The notes beneath the pieces were generated by a model. That model had not been told where the DNA came from. It worked only from the letters and a program-made list of their open reading frames with translations, and did no database searches. Shown in pieces: positions 12,800 through 24,379 of a DNA stretch of 64,000 nucleotides. The stretch covers positions 124,001 through 188,000 of the forward strand of contig NC_081396.1 in assembly GCF_030684315.1 (NCBI RefSeq). Direction: 5' to 3'. This stretch comes from Stegostoma tigrinum. Lineage: Eukaryota. The position numbers and the translations under genes are program-made. Each line of letters opens with the position of its first letter. The stretch's first letter is position 1.

Positions 12800-13238
12800 G
12801 CGATAATGGGAACTGCAGATGCTGGAGAATTCCATGATAATAAAATGTGAGGCTGGATGAACACAGCAGGCCCAGCAGCATCTCAGGAGCACAAAAGCTG
12901 ACGTTTCGGGCCTAGACCCTTCATCAGAGAGGGGGATGGGGTGAGGGTTCTGGAATAAATAGGGAGAGAGGGGGAGGCGGACCAAAGATGGAAAGAAAAG
13001 AAGATAGGTGGAGAGCAGACTGACCTATCCCCTCCCTACCTCCCCACCTATACTCTCCACTCCACCTATCTTCTTTTCTCTCCATCTTTGGTCCACCTCC
13101 CCCTCTCTCCCTATTTATTCCAGAACCGTCACCCCATCCCCCTCTCTGATGAAGGGTCTAGGCCCAAAACGTCAGCTTTTGTGCTCCTGAGATGCTGCCG
13201 GGCCTGCTGTGTTCATCCAGCCTCACATTTTATTATCT
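12800..13238. mobile_element. Penelope-like element termini in inverted (fold-back) arrangement
   Basis: About 12835-13014 is the reverse complement of about 13058-13238; begins gataatgggaactgcagatgctggaga. Confidence 0.85.
12897..12931 (-). ncRNA. Minimal hammerhead ribozyme motif (Penelope-associated)
   Basis: Minus strand CUGAUGA-AGGGUCUAGGCCC-GAAACGUC: intact catalytic core with short stem II. Confidence 0.7.
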
Positions 13239-14419
13239 TATAACGTTTTCACTGCATTCAATTGAGCCCGTGTCAATAATGTCTGCTCCATTCTTGAGTC
13301 CAAAACATAGATATTCCCACTTCTGCTGAGTTTGTTCCTCCCTTCCTTTTCCTGCTTTCTCTAGCAAGGGCATTGGACGATGGTTCGGATAAAAACAGAG
13401 TTTACGGATGTGTTGGGAACTGGGGAGCAAGAGGTTGGTTGGCCCTCAGTAATGACACTCATTTCACAAGGTGGTGCAGATATGATGAGCTGAATAGTCT
13501 CCTTTCGAGCTGCATCACTTCTGTAACAGACAGCAATTCTGAGGAAGGGTCAGCAGACCCAAAATGTTAGCAGATTTTTAACTTCACAGATGCTGCCAGC
13601 TAAGTTTTTTCCAGCAACTTCTGTTTTTGTTGCAGTTCTGGGACACCACTTTACTCTCCACAATGATAACCAATGTGAGATGTGGAATGCTCCCCTCTTG
13701 CCTTGGATCATGCTGTAAAAGCTCAACACCATCCAGAACAAGGCAGCCCCCATTTGATTGGCACTCCCTCCACCACTGACAGTCAGTCGCAGCAGTGTGT
13801 ACTGCCTTCAAGATGAACTGCAGAAATTCATCATCAGAAGGGATGGTCAACAGGTTAAATACAGGAATGATGGAGGGTGGCAGAACTGCGTGGCGGGGGG
13901 GGGGGGGGTGGATATGGGGTAGGCCATTTAGGACTGAGATGAGAATTTGCCTTACCCAAAGAGCAACGAGCTTCTGGAGGTCCCTGCCACAGAGATCGGT
14001 TGATGCCAAAATATTGCTTGTTTTCAAGGAGTTAGGTATCATTTTGAGTCCTAAAGGGCTCATCTTGTTCAATGCTACTGTTGGAAAGGACCCATGAGAC
14101 AGAGCACAGTCTCAGGAAACAAAGCTGAGCCAGGTGGAGGAAGGGGTAGTGGATGAATATATTGGAAATAGTGATCATAATCATTACATTCAGCATCATT
14201 ATCAAAAGGGATAAAGAGCAGGAGTAAGAATTCTAAATTGGGGGAAGACTTTTTTTTAAAACAAAGCTGAGAGGTAATCTGGCATAAATGGATTGGAAAC
14301 AGTTCACTGTAAGAAGCTCAGTGACATATCAATGGGAGGCATCCCAAAGTGAGAAACTATGGGCAGATTCAATCACACAAAGCAAAACTGTAATGCTAAC
14401 AAATCTGGAGCTCCCTGGC

Positions 14420-16170
14420 TATCTGTCTCTTTTCCAAATCGCTTTAAATCTACATCCCCTCAATCTTGTTCTTCTTAAGAGCGGGAGCAGCTTCTCCCTA
14501 TTCCCACAGCCCCCAGCCCTGCTCATGATTTTGAAAATGTCTCTCAGATCTCACCTCAGCCTTCTTCCTAACTGAATTCCCACATCCCTGAAACCATCCT
14601 TGTACATCACTTCTGCACACTGTCTCCAATGTGTTCCTGTTTTTCCTGTATTTCAAGTGTTCACAGCTGTGCTCAGTATTGCAGCGAAGGTTTAACAAGT
14701 TCAATATGACCTCCTTGCTCTGGTACTCTATGCCTCGACTGTACAGCCAAGGACACTGTCTGCTTTATGAACTGCTCTCTCCACCTGTCCTGTCACATTT
14801 ATTGACTTATGTACATACAGATCCAGTTCTACCTTCTCCTGCAGCTGGTATATTCACCTTGTACAGGCCTGATGAATCGAATGGTTTCCTGTGCTGTTAT
14901 CTTTCTGTTGTTCTACACAGAGTGCCTGCTGTGTCAGATTAAGCGAAGGGACAACTGGTTGCCACATGAAGTATAGTCTGGGAGAATGAGATATTGTCCA
15001 CACTTTAGACATAGAAACTGTTATTAGGCCATTTGATCATGGCTGATGTGTTTCCCAACCCAAAACTCCTGCCTTCTTTCCATAATCCTTGATCTCCTTA
15101 CCAATCAAGAACCTATTTATCCTGGTCTTAGAGACACACTCAATGACTTGGCCTTCACAATCCTCTACAGAAATGAGTCCCGCAGATTCCCTCCTCATCT
15201 CAGTTCTAAAGAGTTGCCCCTTCACTCTGAGGCTGTGCCCTCAGGTCCTGGTCTGTCCTACTCGTGGCAATGTCTTCTCCATATCCATCCTATCCAGGCC
15301 TCTCAGCATTCTGTAAGTTTCAGTCAGATTCATACTTCTAAACTCCATCGAATACTGACCCAAAGTCATCAACCGCTCCTGATACAACAAGCCCTTCATC
15401 CCCGGGATCGTTCTTGTAAACCTTCACTGGATCCTCCCCCAACAACAACCTTGACCAGCACATCCTTCCACATATAGGGTCCAGAACGGCTCACAATATC
15501 CCAAATGCTGTCTGACAAGAGCCTTACACAGCTTCAGCAGTACATCCCTGCTTTTTCACTCTAGCCTGCTTTGGTCTGAAGTAGAAAACTCAGGTATTTC
15601 CCAAAGGCGTGAACATTGTAAGTGTTCGTATCCGATGTGACTTTGGGAGGGGGAAATGGAGGGTATTCTTTGTGTGCATGAAAATGCAGCAAGTCAGTAC
15701 ACAGGTACAGTGAGAAATTAGGAAGGCAAATGCCACGTCAGGCTTTATTGCAAGAGGTTTGGAGCACAGACATACAGAAATTGTGTGCAGGTCTGCTCTC
15801 CATAAGTTAGGAACGACAGTTGTCTATTGGAGGCAATACCAGGAACTTCACCAGATTGGTCCCTCAAGTGAGGGGTTTATCTGGAGGACAAAGAGCTGAT
15901 AGCCTCTGGAGTGTAAAGGAGCAAGAGGGATCTCACTAAGCCATGCCTGGGAGGAATGCATTGGGCAGGGGAGACAGTTTAAGGGTGACCTGGCAGCCAT
16001 TTTAAACTGAGATGAGAAGAAATTTTTTCACTTGACGCTGGTGAATCTGCGGAATTCTCACTGACAGAAGGCTCAGACGATAAATGGTTTGGGGGGGAGG
16101 GGCTAAATAGGACCTCCTTCTGCCCCTGTGTAACAGGCTCATGGAGGTGGCTGAATGGGCTCACGTTCCT
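14420..16170. mobile_element. Interleaved decayed CR1 fragments (minus 14420-15570, plus 15600-16170)
   Basis: FRTEMRR / ctgagatgagaagaaattttttc type motifs and CR1 tails. Confidence 0.65.
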
Positions 16171-16226
16171 GTGTAACACGCTCCACTCAGACTCCCACCT
16201 CCTGGCCCTGTTTCCTGTTGCAGGGA

Positions 16227-17165
16227 TTAAAGAGACCCCGAGCTCCAGGTCTCTGTGGCGCCAGCTACCTCCCCGTCCCGAGCACCTACTCCCCCGCGGT
16301 GGCTTTCCTGGTGCCGGCGCAGGTACTTGGCTAGCTTGAAGCTCTTGCCGCAGGCCAGGCAGCTGAAAGGTCGCTCGTCGGTGTGGATCCGCCGGTGCGC
16401 CCGCAGTGCGGAGGGCAGCGTGAAGGCCTTGCCACACACTGGGCAGGCACAAGGCCTCCCCCCATCCATGTCATGGCCGGCCTGGTGCTGGCGCAGGTAC
16501 TTGGCCAGCTTGAAGCTCTTGCCGCAGGCCAGGCAGCTGAAAGGTCGCTCGTCGGTGTGGGTCCGCCGGTGCGCCCGCAGGTTGGAGGAGCGGGCAAAGG
16601 CCTTGCCGCACACAGAGCAGCCAAACGGCCGCTCGCCATCCTTCTCCTGCAGGTGCCGCTTCAGCTCCTGGCCGCTCTTGAAGGCCTTGCCACATTCGAA
16701 GCACTCAAAGGGCGTCTCGTCGGTGTGCACGAGCTGGTGCCGCAGCAGGTGGGAGGAGCGGGCAAAGGTACGGCCGCAGACGGTGCAGGCAAAGGGCCGC
16801 TCGCCCGTGTGAACCCGTTGGTGGGCCAGCAGGTTGGAGGACTGGGCAAAGCCCTTACTGCACACTGAGCAGGTGTAGGGCCTCCTCCCTGAGTGGAGCC
16901 GGCTGTGTCGGCGCAGCTCCTGGGGGCTCTTGAAGCTCTTGCCACAGTCGGTGCAGCGGCATGGCCTCTCCTCGGTGTGTGCCAGCTGGTGGACCCGCAG
17001 GCATGAGGGGTAGGCAAAGACTTTGCCACACACGAGGCAGGGAAACGGGGATCTGGGCACCTGTCCTGTGTTCCGCAGGTACACATGGCTCTCCAGGGTA
17101 GTCTGGGAGTAGATGGATGCTTTGTCCACGCTGTTGTTATCATCGCTGCTGCTTCCACCTTCCAT
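16227..17165 (-). CDS. C2H2 zinc-finger protein, 9 fingers (finger 5 lacks last His), 312 aa (ZNF-2)
   Basis: ORF-track frame 16227-17195; first true ATG at 17165 (ggcATGG); acceptor cttgtcttgcag|G at 17263-17264. Confidence 0.92.
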   Translation of the reverse strand: MEGGSSSDDNNSVDKASIYSQTTLESHVYLRNTGQVPRSPFPCLVCGKVFAYPSCLRVHQLAHTEERPCRCTDCGKSFKSPQELRRHSRLHSGRRPYTCSVCSKGFAQSSNLLAHQRVHTGERPFACTVCGRTFARSSHLLRHQLVHTDETPFECFECGKAFKSGQELKRHLQEKDGERPFGCSVCGKAFARSSNLRAHRRTHTDERPFSCLACGKSFKLAKYLRQHQAGHDMDGGRPCACPVCGKAFTLPSALRAHRRIHTDERPFSCLACGKSFKLAKYLRRHQESHRGGVGARDGEVAGATETWSSGSL

Positions 17166-17329
17166 GCCCAAAGGTCGACCAGTGTCAGTTTCCAATGATA
17201 TGGAAAAGTCCCAGCGTGTGTCTGCTCAGAGCTCGACTACAGTTCCTCCACACCGACATCCCCTGCAAGACAAGTTCAGAACCAATCAACCCATATCCAA
17301 ACCAGAATGCCTGATCAATAGGATTCAGC

Positions 17330-18100
17330 TGAACAAATCCAAGCATGCGTGTAACATTCACGCCACCCAAATGCAAGGCAAAAACCATCCCCCACCCGCC
17401 CCTAGACATTCAATGGTGTTACCATCACTGAATCCTCCCACTATCAACATCCTGGGGCTTACCATTGGTCATAATCTCAACTGGTTTTGCCACCCAAAGT
17501 AGCTACAAGAGCAAAGCAGAAGCTCACACTCCTGCAGCAAGTAACTTACCTCCTGATTCCCCCCAAAGCCCGGCCCTCCATTATGTCAAGTAATGGAATA
17601 CTCCTCACTTGTCCTGGATGGGTGTAGCTCCAACAACTCTCAAGAAGCTTGACACCATTCAGCACAAAGCAACCCCCACTTGACTGGCACCACATCTATA
17701 AACATGCAGTCTCTTCACCACCGATGCTTAGTAGCAGCAGTGTGTATCATCTGCGAGATGCACTGCACAAATTCACCAAAGATCCTCAGACAGCACGTTC
17801 CAAACACATGACCTCTTTCATTAAGTGGACAAGGGTAGCAAATACTTGGTAACTCCACCCCCTGCAAGATCCCCTCTGAGCCACTCACCATCCTGACTTG
17901 GAAACATATCACTATTCCTTTTCCTTTGCCGGGTCAGAATCTTGGAATTCTCTCCCTAAGGGACACTGTGGGTCAACCTACAGCATGTGGACTGCAGCAG
18001 TTCAAGTAGGCAGCTCACCACTGTCTTAAGTGGACAACGAGGGATAGGGCAATAAATGCTGGTCAATCTGTGATGCCCGTATGCCAACAGTAATTTTTAT
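17330..18100 (+). mobile_element. Family B LINE 3' fragment in intron 1 of ZNF-2
   Basis: PTINILGLTI remnant; tail gggcaataaatgctggtc. Confidence 0.75.
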
Positions 18101-18379
18101 TAAAAGCTGCACCAACAAACAAATGAATGTATTCAGTCATTACATGGCTCATTTTTGCTCCCAGGTGATGGTACTGTCTGAATAGGATCTGCTCCTGTTA
18201 TTATAGTCTAATGATGATGCAATCTGAACGGGCCTCCTGTTCCTGTAGTGTTGGGATGGTCTAATGGTGGTGCAGTCCTGGGGAGGTCAGCTTTTGTGGT
18301 AATATAATGGTTTAATGGCGGCATACGTTACCCAGACTGCCCCGCGGCTTGGAATGTGCTCTTAGGCATCGAAATGGGA

Positions 18380-19005
18380 TGGCTCTGACGCATGCGCTGA
18401 AGGCACTGCATGCTGCTGAACACCGAGCCCGGACTTTCCCTTTTCCCGACTACACCGCCTGTGTGTCTGTGTGATTGCATCTAACGGATAATATCACCGA
18501 AATAAAACACGTACCCGAACATACCGGTGTCGAACGAGAGCCTTCTCCAAGCGCCGCACCCCGAACACACGTGACCCTGGGAACCGACCAATCAGAGAGG
18601 CGGCACCCTGGAGGGCCGGCAAGTCCTCCATCCAATGGGAGAGTGCCGGGGCATCCTCCAATCAAGGATAGGGTAAGCCGATTTATCCAATCAAAGGGAG
18701 GATGTCTCGTGGTCTCCCCAGCCAATGGGGATGGATTGATATATGCAGCCAATGAGCGAGTGTGGCGACTCCTCCAGCCATTAGGAGAATTGTTCGATTT
18801 GTCTAGCCAATGGGGGAGTGGAGCCGTGTCTTCCCGCCAATGGCAGAGTGACCTAGAGGGCTCCCGCCAATGGGAGAGTGGTGCGGTGCCCACCCGCCAA
18901 TGGGAGAGTGGTGCGGTATCCTCCCGCCAATGGGAAGGCGACGTGGGTGGCTCCCGCCAATGGGAGCGTGGTGCGGGACACTCCCGCCAATGGGAGAGAT
19001 GGAAA
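18380..19005 (-). promoter_or_regulatory. CpG-island promoter and predicted exon 1 of ZNF-2 with CCAAT array
   Basis: NRF1-like ACGCATGCGC 18388-18397; donor CCG|GTATGT at 18525/18524; CACGTGAC 18568-18575; 13 CCAAT boxes 18588-18991. Confidence 0.8.
18800..19000 (+). repeat. 30-bp tandem repeat built on CCCGCCAATGGGA
   Basis: CCAAT at 18807, 18837, 18867, 18897, 18927, 18957, 18987. Confidence 0.9.
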
Positions 19006-19014
19006 TAGGGAGGG

Positions 19015-19375
19015 GAGATGATGGGAACTGCAGATGCTGGAGAATCCGAGATGTGGGGCTGGATGGACGCATCAGGCCTAGACCTCTTTGTATTCTGCCC
19101 GCGGCAGGAGGGGAAGCTCTGGTCACCAACAGGGAGCAGAGTCTGCCCAGCGCCATGTAAAAGCGTAGGGGGGAGATCCACTCAGCAGCTTATATATCAG
19201 AGATAATGGGAACTGCAGATGCTGGGGAATCCAAGATGATAAAGTGTGGGAGAGATAATGGGAACTGCAGATGCTGGAGATTCCAAGATAATAATAAAGT
19301 GTGGAGCTGGATGGATACAGCAGGCTCAGGAGCACAAAAGCTCCTGTGCTCATCCAGCTTCACACTTTATTAGCC
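19015..19375. mobile_element. Three tandem Penelope terminus fragments plus short fold-back
   Basis: atgggaactgcagatgctgg at about 19021, 19207, 19258; gtggagctggatg...catccagcttcacac inverted pair. Confidence 0.75.
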
Positions 19376-19511
19376 TTTATATTATCCATGTTAACGTATA
19401 CGTACCGAGAGGGGCATCAGTCATCGTCATTTATATTAGCTTTATTAACGTAGATGTAATAGAAGGTGCTTCAGTCAATGCTATTTATAAGAGTGTGAAT
19501 ATAAATTTTAA

Positions 19512-19915
19512 GGGGAGCTTTACTCTGCATCTAACCCCTTGCTGTCCTTGTCCCTGGGAGTGTTTGGTGGGTGATAGTGCAGAGGAGGCTTTACTCTGTA
19601 TCTAACCCCATGCCGTCCTGGGAGTGTTTCATGGGGGCACAGTGTACGGAAAGTTTTCCCCTGTATCTAACTCCATGCTATCCATGTCCCTGGGAGTGTC
19701 TGATGGGGGCGGGGGGAGAAACGGACGGACAGTGTAGAGGAAGCTTTAGCCTGTATCTAACCCCGTGATGTCCCTGTTCCTGGGAATGTTTGATGGAGGG
19801 ATCAGTGTAGACGAAGCTTTACTCTGTATCTAACCCCGTGCTGTCCCGGTCCCTGGGAGTGTTGATGGGGCGGGGGCGGGGGCGGGGGGGGGGGCACAGT
19901 GTGGAGAGAACTTTA
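19512..19915. repeat. Variable ~62-80 bp minisatellite (about 6 copies)
   Basis: Recurring gctttactctgtatctaaccccgtgctgtccctg...gggagtgtttgatggg...cagtgtagag. Confidence 0.85.
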
Positions 19916-19919
19916 CTTG

Positions 19920-20330
19920 ACCCACGAAGAAAGACTGAGGGACTTGGGTGTGTTCTCATTGAAGAGAAGGAGGCTAAGAGGGAATATAATAGAGATATAC
20001 AAGATAATGAGAGGATTAGACAGGGTGGACAGTGACAGTCTTTTTCTGAGGATGAGGACTTCAGCTTGTACAAGGGGGCATAGCTACAATTTGAGGGGTG
20101 ATAGATTTAAGACAGATGTCAGAGGCAGGTTCTTTACTCAGAGAGTGGTAAGGGGGTGGGATGCCCTGCCTGCCAATGTAGTTAACTCAGCCACATTAAG
20201 GACATTTAAACAGTCCTTGCATAAGCATATGGATGATGATGGGATAATGTAGGGGAGAGGCTTAGATTAGCTCACAGGTCGGCGCAACATCAAGGGCCGA
20301 AGGGCCTGTTCTGCGCTGTATTGTTCTTTG
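19920..20330 (+). mobile_element. CR1 LINE 3' end, relatively intact
   Basis: EERLRDLGVFSLKRRRLRGNIIEIYKIMRGLDRVD...FFTQRVVRGWDALP; tail gggccgaagggcctgttctgcgctgtattgttct. Confidence 0.9.
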
Positions 20331-20859
20331 AAAGTCAAAAGGGGGTGAGCAGAAAGGTGGGGTTAGCGCCACAATCACATTAGCTACGACGGTGTCAAAT
20401 GGAAAAGCAGGCATCAAAGGGACAAATGACCTCCTCCTGATACCCACTCCCCATGTCCTCCACCAGTGCATTTTGGAAAGAATGACTGAAAATTTGCTGT
20501 GTTTAAAACAGATAGTTTATTGACAGAGGATGTTAATATCCAGCACAGCTCGTGAAGTTAGCTGTCCAGCTGGGATCGAACTTTCCACAGACACAACGTA
20601 GACACTGTAAGATGGCAGCAGCTGGGTCATGCCAGAGAAACACTTTCCACAAGCTGTGAAGCTGAGGTGAATGATTTAGAGTCCCAGTAAATCTCACAGG
20701 AACACATGTCATCTCTCCAGGATTCAGTGACATTAACTGTTCGCTGCAGAGATTGAACAGTGGCTTCAGCAGTTTGGAGACGGTCATACAGCAGCTTGCA
20801 GGAAAGCATATTGAGAGCTTCTCCAATTGACAACAGTTGTCTGCACTGCAAGTGAGTGT

Positions 20860-21385
20860 CATTAACTGGGCCCAGCATTTATCGCCATTTCCTAGTTGTT
20901 CACCCCTTGAGACGGTGGGGGTGAGCTGCCGCCTTGAAGTACTGCAGTCCATGTGCTGTAGGGTCGTCCCACAATGTCCCTGGGGGAGTGAATTCCAGGA
21001 ATTTGATCAAGCGACACTGAAGGACCGGTCAATATATTTCCAAGTCAGGATGGGAAGTGGCCCAGAGGGGGAACTTGCAGACGGCTGGTGTTCCCATGGA
21101 CCTGCTGCCCCTTGTCCTTCCAGATTGAAGTGGCTGGGTTTTGGAAGGTGCTGTCTAAGGAGCCTTTGTGAATTTCTGCAGGGCATCGTGTAGCTGGTAC
21201 ATGCTGCTGCGACTGGTGGTGGAGGGAGTGGATGTGGTGCCAATCAAGCGGGGGATGATGTCGAGCTTCTTGAGTGTTGTTGGAGCTGACCCCATCCAGG
21301 GCAAGTGGGGAGCATTCTCTCACACTCCTGACTTGTGCCTTGTCGATGGTGGGACAGGCTGTGTGGAGGGGGATCAGGAGGGGAG
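20860..21385 (-). mobile_element. Family B LINE 3' fragment
   Basis: LLRQHLPKP...PILTWKYI remnant and cccagcatttatcgcc tail. Confidence 0.75.
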
Positions 21386-21639
21386 TTACTGTGTTGAAAT
21401 TGCTGAAATCCTTGTGCCATAATTGAGACAGACCTTCAAGATGGAAGGTGCCCTGAATTTACTCTGGTTTAATGGGGTCTGAGAGGAGCTGCTATGCCAG
21501 ATAGTGTGATCCTCAGACTCTGCTCCACATGGGACTGGGATCGAGGGGTCGTGGCGCTCGAAGGGCCAGGTAGACGGGTTACTTGGACTGCATGCACTCC
21601 CCCTCCTGTATCTCACTCCAGTCCATACATTCCCTGCAC

Positions 21640-22270
21640 CGTGTACAGAGATGGAAGAATTTCTTCTCTCCGAGGGTAGTGAATCCATTGGAATTCTTTA
21701 CCGCAGAAGGCCTGTTGATGATGGGGCATTAAGTGTATTCACAACTGAGAGAGAGGGAGAGGAATCGAGAGGAAAAGGCAGGAAAGTGGCCTTCAGGATG
21801 ATCAGATCAGCCTCCACAAATGGCAGTGAGTTATATGTGCGAAGCAGCCACTTCGGTTGCAAAGACAGATTGAAGAAGTTGGGGACTGTTCTCCTGGAGA
21901 GAAGGCGCTGAGAGGGAGATCTGACAGAGGCTTTCAAATTGATGAGAGGGACATCGACAGAGTAGACAGATTGAAGCTGTTCCTGATCATAAAGTATCAA
22001 GAATGAGAGGGACAGAGGTTTAAGGTGAAGTGGAAACAAAGTAAAGGTGATGGGGGAAAGAAACCCCTCCACCCAGCGAGTAGTTAGGGTGTGGAATGAA
22101 TTGCCTGGAAATATGCAGGAGACAGGTTCCATTGAGGCATTGTAGAGGGTCACGGGATGGTTATTTGAATAGAAATGGAGTACAGGGATTGGGGGGAAAA
22201 GGTGCAGGAGATTGGACCTTATGGGGATAGAATTGGTGCAGGCATGATTGGATGATTCTGTGACTGCATC
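21640..22270 (+). mobile_element. Decayed CR1 fragments
   Basis: ctggagagaaggcgctgagagggagatctgacagagg; acccagcgagtagttagggtgtggaatg. Confidence 0.65.
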
Positions 22271-22400
22271 TGACCCAGTGACAATGGGTTTGGGAGGGGG
22301 CTGCTGACTTTCTGAAAGGTGGCAGTGATTGGAAAGTTGAGGGAGGTGAGAGCTCGTGGTTTGGGATCTCTGACCGGCTCCTCGGCAGGAGCAGCACCCC

Positions 22401-23324
22401 CTACCCCTTGGGAGGGAGCGGGGCAGGAGGTGCCGTCGGCCTGTCCCCAGAGTGGAGCCGGCGATGAGCTTGCAGGTTGGACAGGTAGGTGAAACCCTTC
22501 CCGCAGAGCGGGCAGGTGAAGGGGCGCTCGCCTGTGTGTACCCGCCGGTGCCCCAGCAGGCTGGATGAGTAGGTGAAGCCCTTACCGCACTCCGGGCAGG
22601 TGAAGGGGCGCTCCCTGGTGTGTACCCGCTGGTGGGTGCGCAGGCTGAAGGACTGGGTGAAGCCCTTACCGCACAGTGAGCAGGTGAAGGGGCGCTCGCC
22701 GGTGTGTACCCGCTGGTGGGTGCGCAGGCTGAAGGCATGGGCGAAGCTCTTGCCACAGAGCGAGCAGGCGAAGGGGCGCTCGCCTGTGTGTACCCGCTGG
22801 TGGGTCAGCAGGCCCCCGGCGCTGACAAAGCGCTTCAGGCACAGTCGGCAGCCGAATGGCCTCTCGCCGGTGTGTAGCCGCTGGTGTTTCATCAGGCACT
22901 GGGCACTCTTAAATCTCTTCCCGCACTCGCTGCAGCCATAGGGGCGCTCCTCGCTGTGTACCCGGCGGTGAGAGCACAGGGCAGAGGACTGGGTAAAGCC
23001 CTTACCGCAAACCGGGCAGGTAAAGGGCCTCTCGCCAGTGTGGGAGCGTCGGTGGGCCTCTAGCACCGAGGGGTGCAGGTAACCCTTCCCGCAGTCAGCG
23101 CAGGCGTACAGCCGGGCTTTGTCATGGGTACGTCGGTGCGTGTTGAGCTTGGCCAGGTAGACAAACCCCTTGCCGCAGTCCTCGCACTCGTACCACGTGC
23201 CGCCCACGTGGCTGCTCTTGTGCCTGGACAGCGAGGAGGTGTAGGCAAACTGCTTCCCGCACACATCACACTCGTGCCGGCTCTCCCCCGGGCTGGGGCC
23301 ACGGTGGCTAGCTTCCCCTTCCAT
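22401..23324 (-). CDS. C2H2 zinc-finger protein, 10 fingers, about 307 aa (ZNF-3)
   Basis: Ten C2H2 repeats; first ATG at 23324; acceptor tcttcctcattacag|G at 23386-23387 with frame open from the acceptor. Confidence 0.92.
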   Translation of the reverse strand: MEGEASHRGPSPGESRHECDVCGKQFAYTSSLSRHKSSHVGGTWYECEDCGKGFVYLAKLNTHRRTHDKARLYACADCGKGYLHPSVLEAHRRSHTGERPFTCPVCGKGFTQSSALCSHRRVHSEERPYGCSECGKRFKSAQCLMKHQRLHTGERPFGCRLCLKRFVSAGGLLTHQRVHTGERPFACSLCGKSFAHAFSLRTHQRVHTGERPFTCSLCGKGFTQSFSLRTHQRVHTRERPFTCPECGKGFTYSSSLLGHRRVHTGERPFTCPLCGKGFTYLSNLQAHRRLHSGDRPTAPPAPLPPKG

Positions 23325-24379
23325 CCAGCGTGCTGCCCTCAACCCGAAGGCGGTCTCGAGCTTCCTGCCTCCACCCGCTACAACCCTGTAATGAGGAAGA
23401 CGAGACCGGCTAAGAGGGAGCTTGTTTTAAAAAAAAACAACATTTGCTAAAGAGGACAGGCTCGCTGTGGCAGGTTTTGCACCTCGCACCCGTGAGGACA
23501 AAGACTGTCAGGACTTCGAAAGGAGCGACAATTTACACTGCATGGGAAGCGGTGCTGATTTTCGGGGAAAGCAGGCGCCACCTGTTTCTAAAACACAAAG
23601 TATCGAGCAGCATCGAACACAGCGTCCAATACTGGCCACGAATCCTGGTTCGGACAGCACTTATCCAACAATCCCAGGTACACTAAGCATCAGGCTAACA
23701 ACCATCTTAAGCAACGTACTGGGCAGATCTGAAATAAAGAGTGAACAGGAAGTGTCAGAGAAACTCAGCAGCTCCAATGATGGAGAGAGAAACGGAGTTA
23801 ACATTCAGTATCTAGCATTCTGATCTGGCAGCCTGCTGTGTGGGTGTGAGGGGAAATGGTAGGCACAGTGACACCGGGTGTGGGGGAATGGCCAGTAGTG
23901 TCATTTTGAGAATGCGGGGCGGGATGAGTGGTATCCAGTCGAGAATAAATATTGCCTCTTCACTCTTATCCTCCTTGCTTGTGAGTAGAGTTTTGGACAC
24001 TGTCCTTTATTGAATGCTCCTTCCCTCTGACCTGCCATCTTTGTCAGTTTGTGCACATACACACCCTTTCACTGGGGTCCTTGTATGTTCTTTTGTCTCC
24101 CCCTACCTTGCAGCCAAAATGATTGATTCACACGTTGTCAGCACTAAACTTTATCGGCCACTTCTCTGCCCAAGCCAGCATTTTGTGGACTTCTGCACTT
24201 TCCTGAAGAGTTCACTATGCTTCGTGTTTCCTGCATCAATCAGACGTTTAGAAATTATAGCCTCCGTACCAAGATCTGGGTCATGAGTAAATATGAATTA
24301 TTCCACCCGCCTCCGAGCTGGAACCTGTTCTCCTTTCAAGTGTGTACAAACAGGTTTTCTTGCCTGTGGGTTCTTGAAG

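Noticed and set aside
18800-19000. CRISPR-like pattern of constant repeat with variable spacers
   Set aside because: Eukaryotic context, 30-bp period, spacers are related to each other, no cas genes; the core is a CCAAT box
21698-22756. 352-aa alternative-frame ORF overlapping ZNF-3
   Set aside because: Shifted reading of finger repeats running into antisense CR1 fragments; no coherent domain
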